A stretch of DNA of 64,000 nt from Macrostomum lignano (Eukaryota). Positions within the stretch are counted from its first letter, which is position 1. The number at the start of each line of letters is the position of its first letter. The stretch spans positions 62,001-126,000 of the forward strand of contig NIVC01001174.1 of NCBI GenBank assembly GCA_002269645.1, written 5' to 3'. Of the stretch, positions 12,001 to 23,450 are shown piece by piece. A program made the translations under genes and the position numbers. The notes under the pieces are model-generated. The model did no database searches and was not told the DNA's origin. It saw only the letters and a list, made by a program, of their open reading frames with translations.

Positions 12001-15000
12001 TTATATAAAACGACAGTGGGGGGCTTACGAGTGGAGCATGCAGACGTAAACAACTTAATGAGTTCAGCTGATTGTACATTGACTTAATGCCACTAAAATG
12101 TACGAGTATATAGCAGTTGGACGAGAGAGCGCTTGGGGAGGAAATAAAAAGAGGTGGGGGTTAACTGTACAGGGTTATATCTATATAGGCGCGCGGAGTT
12201 GGAGTGGGGAGGGTTATAAGGGTCGCTACGTGAGCCAATAAGAAGTAAGGAATTAAGAATTAAGATAGGATCGCAACAGTCTAGCCCACCCACAGTTAAC
12301 CCACCCACAGAGCCCACCACAGATGCTATAAAACAGACTAGATTTCGCTAACACAATTAATAAGACAAGCTCTGTTCATTTTCTCGACTCGAAGTGCCTG
12401 CCTTTATTAATATAAGATATTGTATAGATTTCTTCAATAAAATAAGATTCATTAAGATAAAATTGATTTGCTGACTATGCTAAATAGTCGGCTTTGCTGC
12501 GCTTCTGGCTGTACGAGTTCCGTTACATCGCCAGTTAAAGACGGAATTCCGATTCGCTTTCATCGCTTTCCAAACGACGACAATGTGGCAAAACGCTGGC
12601 AGCAAATCTTAGAGCTCAACTTCATGGATCTCAATGAAATAAGAAGAAAATGCCTAAGAATATGCAGTAAGCATTTTACAGACTCTGCCTATAATTGTGA
12701 GCTTCAACGACATGACCAAACTTCTCGCCTGCGATGGAACGCTTTGCCAGACAAGGAGCTAGTAATGCCTCGCCTTGTTCGAGAAGACCTGGAACCATCT
12801 GTTGTGAGAACGGATGAGGAGGCGGATAATATGTACCCGCCCGAACTTCAGCGATTTGACTGCATTTCGACAAGTGCCGAGAAACCATTACAATGGGAGC
12901 AAAGGTCGACAAAATCTGCTTCGTCCATCATTTTCCCGAAAAGATTGCAGCTATCCGATGTCCCGGTTCAGCAGAGGAAAAAATCCTACATGGATTGCAT
13001 CTACCGACAGCGCGTAACCATCAAGCGACTTCAAGACCAGATCGCCAAGGCAAAAGCAACAAAATTCAAAAGTGCGACAATGAGTCGAGTGATTCAGAGC
13101 AGCATCAAGCAGCAGTTTGTTGATTCCCGTGGAATGCGATGGTCAAAGAAAAGTATTTCCGAATCTATCCAGCTGCACCACAAGAGCCCAGCTGCCTACC
13201 GAATGCTGCGCAACAAGTGGAATTTTCCACTTCCATCCGAGTCATCGCTGAAGCGGCGAACCCGGCAGTTCTTTTCATCCCCTGGTGTCTGCCAAAAAAC
13301 GATCAAGCTGTTGCATGAAAAGCTTGCTAATGACCCCGAGCCACAGCGACTAGCAACTCTCTGCTTGGATGGCATGAGTTTATCAGCCAGCATCCGCTAC
13401 GACCATCATGGTGACCGAGTCGTAGGCTATGATGAACACTCTGCTGAGGACCTTGAGCAAAATCTTCAGAGACCCGTAAACGAAGCAGTTGTTGCTGTTC
13501 TCCGTGGAATCTGGAGCAACTGGAAGCAACCAATTGCATACTATCAAGTACATAGAACCCTCGGTCAGCTTCGATTTAAGTCTGCGATAGACGAGTGCCT
13601 TCGCGCTGCCCATGAAGCTGGAGTTCGGGTTGTCGCACTGGTTGTTGACCAAGAAACTACACAATGGGCCTACCTCAGCAAACTGGTGAGTTCAGTACTT
13701 TAATGATATAATCCCTTATAAATATTAAAGCATAGAGGAAATAATTCTCAAGTTTGGAAATATTAAAAAAATTATTTCGCACTAAAAATTATATTGCTAT
13801 TGTTTCGAGATTTAAAACTTCAAAATAAAAAAATCAATGCTTAATTTGTGCCAGTAAACGTTTTGATTACTTTAAGCCTTGCAACTTTTTATTTGTTTAG
13901 GTAAATCCTGCGGCTCCATTTCTAAACCATCCTGTGACGCAAAAGCCCATATTTGTGATTATCGATGTCCCGCACTGCCTAAAGAATGCGCGCAATGCCC
14001 TCATGAAGAACAACATCATTTTCGATGGAGACAAGCAAGCAAGATGGCAAGACCTAGTCGACTTCTACGAAAGGGACAGCAGCCGATCGCTTAGACTGGC
14101 GAGTCGGCTGAGCGATGCGCACTTCAACCTTCAATTGGGCCAGAAAATGAAGGTCTCCCTAGCCGCTCAGATCTTTAGTCACTCGGTTGCCAGCGGAATC
14201 AAGACACTAGTGCATCATCAAGAACTGCCTATCGATGCCTTGCAGACAGCAGATTTTGTGCAGAGAGTCAATGATGCATTCGACTTGTTGAATTCAACGC
14301 ACATTTTCGACAAAGGATTTAAGCAGCCGATCACGCGAAATTCGCTTGCAGAGAAGATTGACGAGTTGCGCAGCGTCGAAGCCTTCATCAGAAGCTGGCA
14401 GTTCCTTCCTAGCAGCGGAAAGTCGCTAAAGGCGACTATGAAATTCAAAGAAGCATTGATTCTGTCGACTTCTGCAATACGACAGCTCAGCACAGCGTTG
14501 ATTCAAGATGAGCACTACGAGTTCGTGTGCACGCGAAGACTAACACAGGATCACGTTGAGGTGAGTTACCTTGATACTCGTACTTTAAATCAAACATTTT
14601 ACAAATGTAAAAATAGTGTAATCACAGGTGCAGAGAGCAATAGTACTTAGCTGAAATATGTACTTCTAATATACCATATTGATGCACGCACAGAGTCAGA
14701 TGACTCATCAGTCACAGAATCAGATGACTCAAGTCACTGAATCAAATTCAATGAGATGCCACTGCTCAAGGGGGAATCAATGAGGACTCACTGACTGACT
14801 GACTGACTGACTGACTGACTGACTGACTGACTGACTGACTGACTGACTGACTGACTGACTGACTGACTGACTGACTGACTGACTGACTGACTGACTGACT
14901 GACTGACTGACTGACTGACTGACTGACTGACTGACTGACTGACTGACTGACTGACTGACTGACTGACTGACTGACTGACTGACTGACTGACTGACTGACT

Positions 15001-18000
15001 GACTGACTGACTGACTGACTGACTGACTATCTAAAGTTGTAAATTTATTTAAAGTAAAATGCATGTATAAACTTGAATTACAGAATCTGTTCTGCATCAT
15101 CCGTGGCCGCAATGGCTTCAACGAAAAGCCTGAGATTGCAGCGTTTCTTGGGGCACTGCGATCTGTAGCTGCCAGTGGCCTCTCCCAGCCAGATTCTGCG
15201 GCCAGAAACTGCGAAGACGACGGCTGTGTAGCTGCAGTCACAGCAGACTGTGCAGCTGTTGAACTCAGCACGACCAGCACGTCTGCCGCGAGTGATTCAA
15301 AGGCTGATGATCGGGGTGATGCGACTATTTCCAAAATATTGATACAACAAGAGCAGCCGGCTCATGATTCAATTCTAGAAGAAGCGACCGAGTATGTGGG
15401 CGGCTTTGTGCTCAATAAGAGTGGCGTCCTGGAATGCCAGAGCTGCAAGTTGGTTTTGACTGCTACGAATCCTACTGGAGTGCATCTACGGCATAAGACG
15501 CTGTCTCACGCGGTCTGTGGCCTAAAACTGCCTTCGCCAACTGCACTGCAAAGCTTTAACAAAATGGAAGCCATCTTCAGCGCTCAATCAGCAGCCTTCA
15601 TTGTGCAGCCGAAAGTTGCATTCCGAGTAAAACAAATATTTGTATCATCTGGAATTTCCTTCCCAGCTTGTGAAACGCATTTCGAACAAGTGCAAGACCG
15701 TTTATTTAAAGCATTTTTGCGTCTGCGTTTACACCATTGGTGCCGATGTAGGATGCGCGCGGATGTCCATTCTAAGTACTCTGCATTGCGAAAAGTCAAG
15801 AAATTTAACTAGATATTTGCATTAACAATACTTTTTACATCGATGGTTTGCTGCTATTCCGGAATTTAGTTGGTTCTATATTTTTCTGACAAAATTCGTC
15901 TTGAAGAGAATTTTCGGCGCTTTCTATAGCATTTTTATTTTTTTGCCAGCGTCTATTTTGTACTTATTATGGTTTTTATCATCTAAGTATGCATTAAAAT
16001 GTATGTATTAAAACGTATATATTAAAGTGAATTGCTCATTTTCATACATCTGCTACTGTTTGCTGTAATTTCTGTTTGTGCTATGTATTCTCCTCACGAT
16101 ACTATCGCAAATATATCATACTCATCCTCCTAAAAAGGATAAAAAATATCTTTATCGATTTTTCCTTACCAAAATTACACATTTTATGGAAAAAAATCGA
16201 AAAATGCCTATATTTCTACTGAACTGAAAGTAGAATGTTAGCGTATGTGCTGAGTGGCCTATCTAGTTATTATAGTATCTGTGGTTGGGACTGTCCCATC
16301 AAGTCCGTCCAACACTTCCAAAAAACTTACAATAGCAGCTCAAAAAAATACTCATTGGATTCAGCTCGACAGCCTCTTTTTGATGGTGCAACTCATTTTT
16401 AATAATTTTACTTTCTGAGTCCATAATTAAGCAAAAACTGGCGTCCCAATAATGAAAAATGATACAAAATTCGACCAAATCACTATTGGGACACTGAAAT
16501 GGCTAATCTGCTCCCGCATATTTTTATTGGTTTTTTCTCATATTTTTACTAATAGTAGATTTCAAGCGCATTCATTTGCTGCAGTCTTTGTTTCAAGACT
16601 TATATACATAGCATACATTAAATACATACATAGCAAAACATAGCAAAATACTTTTAAGGGTATTTTATTGTCAAAGGATGGTTCTGGATGGAGATAAACC
16701 TAAAGAAATGACAAGGGCTTACATGTACTTTTGACTGTGATGGGCATCAGTACTCTATACGAACTAAATTGTTAGGACAGTGTTGCAGTGTTGAATACAA
16801 CAGCCCACTCTTGTTAGGACTCATGCTATTGACTGCTGCGCGCATTCGATATTCTATAAATTGTTGGGACTGTGTGCTAGAGTGTCGTTTACAAAAGCCC
16901 ACTCATATTAGGACTTACCCCGTACATGTTAGGACTAAGCCCTACCCCCCTGTGTACATGGCTCCAATTTACCAGAGTCCCCTTGCTAGTTAAGTGTACA
17001 TTTATTTTTTGGTCTATTATTGACGCCACCCCGCAAACGTACAGTAAACAAAATTGGCATGTACTCGCTATGCTGAAATCAATGGTCAACTCTGCCTCTG
17101 CCATGGCACCCGAGTCACCATGGTATGGAAAGGAACAGCATGGAATGGCACAGCGAGAAACATGTAAGTGGTATTAAAAAACTTTGTCGGAAACAAGAAG
17201 CATTTATATTTAAATGCTATAAAAAATACTGCTCCTGCTAAGCAGTACCTACCTTTACTTTAGGTATATCACCTTTGATCAACTGCCATGTGGCGCAATT
17301 GCCAAAGGATCCGTCGACTTTAACCGGTAGGCTGTAAAAGCTTTGAGTAAAACTTGACATTTCGTCTGAATCCATTAATATTCAATAGCCTACGTGTCCA
17401 ACCACAAATATTATAAGTTTTGTACTTTTAACTCTCAGATTGGGTCTTAGCAGATTCTATAGCTATGCATGCAAGGGCCCCTCAGAGGAGATACTTAAAC
17501 ACTGCAGTGCATTTTTCCTAGCAATTATTGGGACACGAAGTGTTGGGCCACTGTGTGTGTGTGTGTCTAGTTTTTTCCGCATTTGTTAAGTCACCTAAAG
17601 AACTCAATTAATAAAGGGCTCCAGAACAAATTGATGGGCAAACGGATGACACACTGCACAGAGACTTGTTGGGACATATTAAAAACAGCTTATTTTAGAA
17701 TGGGTACACTTTACTAAAGTAGAATGCTCCTACAGAAAGCTGCAAGCAAACTAGCATCTTCTGGAGCTGACATGCAGAGAAGAATGATTTTGTCGTCCTT
17801 GAAATCACTAAATAGATATGCGAAATCGATCTTTTGCTAATCCCACCACAGGTTCCAGTGAAAAGAAGAAACGAAACCCATTGACTAAATTGGCAGTCGA
17901 CTCAATCGATGCCGACTGCAACGGACCTGTCAGCTTCGAACTCAGGAGAGCAGCTAATTTATAATCTGCAAGCGTAATGCTGGATGCCAGAGTGCTCTAA

Positions 18001-18501
18001 TAACGAGACTCCTGTTTTCTCACTCGACCGGAATTTGTTGTTCAATCTGCTTAACTAATCTCTGCGTTTCAGTTTTTCAGTCTCACTGTCAATTTTAGGT
18101 TTTTTCCTAAGCGCAAGTGTAATTGAATTTTTTATTCATATTAGTCAGGCATATTGCGTACAGCATTATAGCGTATTAGTAAAGGTAAAGGTAAATAGAC
18201 TGCTTGTAACTAGTTTTTCCTTCATGTGGATTGGCTTTAACGAAGCTTTTTGTATTTCAATTCGCTGGACTGAGGACAATATAGTTACACGATGTTACGC
18301 TATTACTTCACTTTCAATAGATCATACTATTAGTATCGGACGTGCTTTTTTATTTCAATGTATGCTTTTTTTCATCATTTAAATGCTAAAAATACTTAAT
18401 AGGTCATTGCACTGTGTGTATGTTTGTGGTTTCGTGTGTCAAAAAAAATTGCAAAATAAGTGCCCACCATTGTATACCGTACCAACAAGTGCCCGGTGCG
18501 T

Positions 18502-18543
<42 letters not shown>

Positions 18544-21500
18544 ATGGCAGGTTTTTACAGCCTAGGGTTTTGCTTTCCTAGTTCTCCCACTAAATTCCTC
18601 ACCTTGTTGTAGGCCAGGTCCGCGCAGGTCTGGCCAGCCTCGGTTTCTTCGCCGAGCTGCAGCCCAGCGCCAGTCAGGTAGCGAATGTTGGCCGAGTGCC
18701 CAGCCTCGCAGGCCAGGTGCAGGCAGGTGGCGCCCTTCAGCGGCCCGCCGGTCGGCATCCTGGCGGACATCTCCATTTTTTCTCCCGCTATCTTCAGCAG
18801 GGAATCCTGCAGCTTGGCCAGGTCGTATTTCGATGCGAACAGGTGAATGGCGTGCAAACCCTCGGAGTTGGTCAGCAACGGTCTGTACTTCTCAGGCTGG
18901 CCGGCCATTTTCTGAAGAATGCCGAGCAGCATTGAGTCGCTGATTTCAGAGGCCATCAGACAGTTGCGCTTGTCGGAGTTCTCGGCAGTCAACGATATGC
19001 CGCCCTCCGTTTGAAAGCGTTCAAATTCAACAAAGAAGTTTTCGACGTCAAAGTCTCGCGACCAGAATTCCTGGCGCACTTTGAGCAGAGCGTGCAGCAG
19101 AGTGTTGCCTTTCTGATCCATGCAAGCCTGCCGTTTTGGCTTTATAAAGTCGGCAGACAAGAAGTCGAAGTTCTTCAGCAGGCAGGCTATGAATACCGGG
19201 TTGCGACCCTGGCGAGATAAGGCGAAATCAAAATAGGCTACTGCAAGTAGTACTGAATGAAAATTACGCTTGTAGTTGTAATTTTTGCTACCAGAGTGGC
19301 TAAATCTAGTCTTATTGTAAATAAAATATTTTTTCGCTGCACGAAAATGTGCGCGATTGTTCAGACCCATTGCATCCACTGCACTAGCTCGCCGCTACGT
19401 TTTCCGAAAATCAAAACCTCAATAGTTCCACCTGAGGAATCCGGCAGGGTCTGACAGTAGATACGAGCTACAACGGGACTTATATTTTCTTGATGAAAGG
19501 TTCAAAATACATGTAAGAATATTTATAAGTCAGTAGAGTTGACGAGAAGATGCTACGAGCGTACTTGCATTAGTCAGCTTCTTTGCTTGTGGTTTGAGTC
19601 TCCGTTAGTAAATTGCCTAGTTTTTAGCAGTTTCTATAATCATTAACTCGGTCCCCAGGATTTGTTTAGATGCAGATATTGCAGGATTTCCGCCATAGTA
19701 GCCTCATTAGGAGCCCATAAGGGGTTTTTTCAGACATTAACGTTTACCTTCTGGTCTCCTAAACAAATAGTAGGTAAGAACAGATGTCTATGTAAGCTAA
19801 AAATGAAGATCAAAGCCTCACCTCATGATCAATGGATCCCTCTATAGCCGCTGACGGAGTGTAAAACCCGAGCGCATCAGCAGCAGCTCGGAAGTACATC
19901 TCTCCGTAGTATCGGTTCGCGGCGCAGTAGTGCAGACAGTTCCGACCTTCGTCGTCTGCCGAGCTGAGCGTCACGCGCAAACTGCTCGCCTCCTCGCTTA
20001 GCAACCAGAGAAAGGCGCTCTCCTGACCCTCTGGCAGACGTGTCTCGTTGGCAGCCGCGCAGTGAACGGCGGTGCGACCTTCGGCATCGCGCCAAGTGAA
20101 GCACTCGTCGCCAAGACGGTTTCGAATGGACCGAAGGCAATCCGCACCCTGTTATTCATAATGATAATAATAACTGATTGCATCTGCCTCAATTGAGCCG
20201 GATGTGCAACCGACAGCTCAGCCGCAACTATTGCGCGACGCATTTGAAGGCTGCGTACGGCTGTTCAGTCCAAGGACTGGGGGGTCGCCACACACCCTCA
20301 ATTGCCCCAGCTAATGCTGGCACCCATTTTACAGCTGGGTGCACTGAAGCAATGCAGAGTTATGTGTCTTGCTCAAGAACACAAATTGTTTCGAGTGCGA
20401 TTGGGAATCGAACCCCCGACCTTTCAGTTGTTATTCCGACGCTCTAACGACTGGGTGGCTACCTCCTCAGTTGTTCAACAAGTTCGTAGCAAAGATTCAT
20501 TTGAATAAAACTGTATCAGGAATGCTTTTGCCTGCCTGTCGCCATCAGTCAGCCTGCCGCCTTATACTACAAAAAAGGTGCTTCTAAGGTGACCTGTTGA
20601 ATACGTAGATATAGAAAGAGTTCTACGATCGATAAAGTTTAATTTAAGGTATAATTGACTCCGCATCACTGATTGCTCATGGAAAAGCGGTTTTTTCTGG
20701 CAATAAAGCAGTAAAATTCTGCTAACGAGTGGGTAAAAATGTCAATAAATATAGTCGAAATTCACCTGAAACCAAGCCGCCAGATGAATTGGGGAATTTT
20801 TCTTCTCGTCCCTCTCTTTGAGACAGTCAGGAGTCAGCTGCTTGACGAACCAGTCCAGCGCGTCAGGAGAGTTTCGATTTTTGGCCGCGTACATCACGGC
20901 AGTCCGGCCGAGGAAGCCCTTTCGCAGGAAGCCGTCCAGTTTGCCCAGTTGCTTCTTCGCCCTCTCCAGCAGCTGCACGCTTCGCTTCTCGGCGCACGCG
21001 TGCAAAGCGTTCGTGTTGCTGATGTTGCCCAAGATGAAGATCTCCTTTGGCAGGTTGTTCAGGTGGAGCATCCATTTGAATGTCGTCTCGTTTGGATTGT
21101 GCGCTGCGTAATACGCCACGGATCGTTTCGAGTCGTCTAGAGCTTTGAAGCAGTCTTCTCCACAGAGTCTCTTCATCAACTGCATCGCGCTGCTGTCCAG
21201 CTTCCAGGCGGCGAGATGAACCGGTGTAGCACCCGATCGAGTCCTGCTAGTCATGTACTCAACTCCGAATGAATCCGCCAGTATTTCGAATGTCTTGCAC
21301 ACAACAGCTGGGTCCTTTGTGCTATCGACTGCCGCCATGTGAGCAAGATTCCAGCCCTGCTCAGGGTCAGTCTCATCAGCTAAAGTGCGTTCTCCTTGTC
21401 CTTTTCCTTTTCGTACTTTGCTGTGATTCTTTACTGAAACGCCTGTTCTGGGCGGCAGCAGCCGTTCCAGTGCGTTGTTGTCCCCATCGGCAATGCATTG

Positions 21501-21677
21501 AACTGCCCGATTGAAAAGTTCTTTCAGATCTGCGTCTTCTGGCTTTGGCGAAATCTGAACTGACGCCGAACCGCTCGCGCCTCGACGCAGTGATTCCGAG
21601 TCCACGAGGGTGCCCCCGTAAGGATTTGTGGCAACAAATGACGCCGTGGTTTCTGCTTTAATTGTGGTTCCGGTCAT
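6090..21677 (-). CDS. Ankyrin-repeat TRP channel with TRPM-like transmembrane core (~1476 aa, 6 coding exons)
   Basis: Exons 21677-20766, 20148-19822, ~19394-18603, 10383-8693, 8496-8178, 6479-6090, all with GT/AG and matching phases (0,0,0,2,0). About 14 ankyrin-type motifs (GATPVHLAA, GRTAVMYAA, GNTLLHALL, GATCLHLAC). S4-S5 TIGPKVSML..DDLMPFLLILAVMIVSFGV, S6 LVNIVMWNLLIALFS, TRP-box-like IWRKTSY, LPLPLSLL, C-terminal coiled coil. The exon 3 acceptor is the weakest junction. Confidence 0.85.
6580..8032. repeat. 20/22-bp composite minisatellite in the last intron of the TRP gene
   Basis: Units ggcactcaccaacagacagt, ggcactctcaccaacagacagt and ggcactgtcaccttcagatagt, with repeated multi-unit blocks. 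Confidence 0.95.
11492..11590 (+). repeat. Dispersed repeat, copy 1 (related to 30729-30815)
   Basis: atgaggggccaatcccc..aagacacagagtgtacatacctgacgactagaa..tacaccctgtgtgagcg aligns with atgagggccaaccccaaggcacagggagtgcacatacgtgaaaattagaa..cacaccctgtatgagcg. Confidence 0.6.
11782..11823. repeat. (TG)n microsatellite, left flank of the CAC...GTG element
   Basis: Near-pure TG run; a matching run at 18505-18541 lies on the other flank. Confidence 0.9.
12477..15812 (+). CDS. P-element (THAP9-like) transposase, 3 exons, ~865 aa, apparently intact
   Basis: Exons 12477-13685, 13901-14560, 15084-15812 with phase-0 GTGAGT donors. THAP C2CH finger (CCASGC..FHRFP..RW..ICSKHF), LCLDGM, VVDQ, DVPHCLKNARN, and QDHVE|NLFCIIR across a junction. 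Confidence 0.92.
14790..15028. repeat. (GACT)~60 microsatellite in transposase intron 2
   Basis: Pure gact run of ~240 bp. Confidence 0.97.
18505..18541. repeat. (TG)n microsatellite
   Basis: Pure TG run directly right of the CAC...GTG element. Confidence 0.9.
20158..20468 (-). mobile_element. tRNA-derived SINE
   Basis: On the minus strand: A-box-like gtagccacccagtcgttag, B-box ggttcgattccc, a central segment tgtgttcttgagcaagacac..cacccagctgtaaaatgggtgcc resembling widespread metazoan SINE core domains, and a (tta)n-like tail. Confidence 0.75.
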
Positions 21678-22984
21678 GCAATAAATTTAATTTTTTAAAC
21701 ATTGATAAACATTAAAAACGTTTTGACTTTTAAATGTGTATGAACGGTTACTCTGTTAGCGCTTTATTCTTATACGCTCGTCCTTTGCTTTAAAAAATTA
21801 TAGATAAATTTTCTGGACGTACAGTGTTTACAGAATTGAAGAACTATCATTAATATATTTCACTAAGTGAAGTGATGAAGATTTGTTGTGATGTTTCGCT
21901 ATGTAGGAGTATAATTCTAGGCTTAATTCATTAATATTGTGATTGTCTTGTGCTGATAAAACTTAAAAAATCGACAAGGTTTTGAGTCTTCGTAGTAGAG
22001 TTTCGCTCTACTACAAAGTAACTTTGGCCATTTAATTATTTTTTGAAGTTTTTGATTCGAGTAATTCTACATGCTATTAATACTCAGCTCAAAATTAAAG
22101 GCGAAAAGATGGAATCGATCTAAAACGGCCAAAAAAATAAAAATATTAGGACGCGGTTTTAATGCATAGAATTAATGCAAAAGAAATAATATTAAAATAT
22201 AAAATTTAACTATATACTAATTTAATGCACCAATTGAAATTTGAATTATATCTATCATAAAATTTTACTGAACAGAAAACAGAAAATAAACGAAGAAGAT
22301 TTTTCTCTGACAAGAAGAGGACTATTTAAAATATTGTTTTTAAGTTTCTATTAAATTTTTCTTTACTTTTTTGTCAGTCTAAAACCTGTTTATGTAATCA
22401 TTTATTATAACTCGTATGCGAATCCTGATTAGTAAAAATGATTGTGTTACTGTATATAAAGTTTTTAACATTTTAAATTCTAGTCACTTTCCTGCATACT
22501 GATATAAATAGCACTTTTCGGTCATCATTAGCATGTGCAGATCGTTGATATATTATGGTCTAGACGATTATATAAGTATACCGAAAATCATCAACTAGGC
22601 TCCAAGTTAAATTCCGATATTTACATTAGCTGCATAAAGCATCCTTTTATTGACAAATTGATGCATTTTTTTGTTTTAAAAGTTATTTTAGAATAGGGGC
22701 AACTTTAAAACATTACCGATGTTTTAAAAAAGAATAATCAACAACCAATTTTTGTTTTTTTTCGTGCTATTAAGAAATAAGTTACGCAGTGAAAAATTTT
22801 ACAATTTGCTGTTGAAATTTCCGTATTCAAAAACAGTTTTTTACAATGGCTTGCATGGATTTCAAATTATAAAAATTTTAAATGCAATACTGCTGGATCT
22901 AGGAGGCGAAAGGCATGGGTCGGAGTCTAAAAGGACTACATGTATATAGTCTGCACTAAATTGTATGTAATTCTCGGACCTACG

Positions 22985-23450
22985 CAAAACCGCGTTCAGG
23001 TCTCCAAGGACGACCACTGTGTCACGCTGCGCCGTCTCCTCCACCTGCATCAAGAACTGGCTCGAAGTAGACTTGAGGTCAGGTGGCAGGAAGCTCGTAT
23101 GCGCAGAACCGAGCATTCCGGCCGCGAAGCCGGACGTCGACCCGAAGCAGCCGGTCAGACAGGAAGATGCAGCGACAGCTCTGCTGCAGCTTCGGTCCAG
23201 TCAGCGCTCCAACTCCTCCACGGCCTCGTTGGACCGCCGACGTGTACCAGAGGGTCCAAGGTCCTCTCAATGAATTCCCGGGTCGGCCCTGAAGGTACTG
23301 TGCGCACCCCTTCCAGCAAGATGATATATCAAGGACCACTAGAAGTTACAACGGTCCTTTGATGACATCATCGCATCTAATGTCGAGCGCAACAAGCTGC
23401 GCTAGGGCGGTCCTCTCTGCCAGGCGGCAGTTCAGCGTCCCGACTTGGTT
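22985..23450 (-). mobile_element. Degenerate RTE-like LINE endonuclease fragment
   Basis: Frameshifted minus-strand pieces in EN order: VGTLNCR, RGRGGVG..SDRLLRV..CAYE, and TVVVLGDLNAV. Confidence 0.7.

Larger units (their letters stand above)
11899..16283 (+). mobile_element. Full-length P-element-superfamily DNA transposon (4385 bp)
   Basis: Perfect 31-bp TIRs cacagatactataataactagataggccact (11899-11929; inverse 16253-16283), 8-bp TSD gttgggac (11891-11898, 16284-16291), and an internal THAP transposase gene. Confidence 0.95.
11829..18498. mobile_element. Non-autonomous CMC-type (EnSpm/Chapaev-like) DNA transposon hosting the P element
   Basis: Imperfect TIR cacggggcatttgttgg (11829-11845) vs ccaacaagtgcccggtg (18482-18498), 15/17 match. 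CAC...GTG termini, cg on both flanks (2-bp TSD-like), many internal gttgggac/gttaggac/gttgggcc motifs, and (TG)n on both sides. No transposase recognised. Confidence 0.5.

Noticed and set aside
14690-14740. CTGATGA motifs (minus strand here; plus strand at ~30555) as hammerhead ribozymes
   Set aside because: No GAAA core after stem II and no stem III/cleavage triplet.
14777-15334. 185-aa ORF with (SVSQ)n
   Set aside because: Antisense reading of the (GACT)n intron and transposase exon 3.
19380-19460. Alternative acceptors for ankyrin exon 3 (ctgtcag ~19455, ttcctcag ~19432)
   Set aside because: In the required phase 0 both run into stops; only the acceptor at 19395/19394 keeps the frame.
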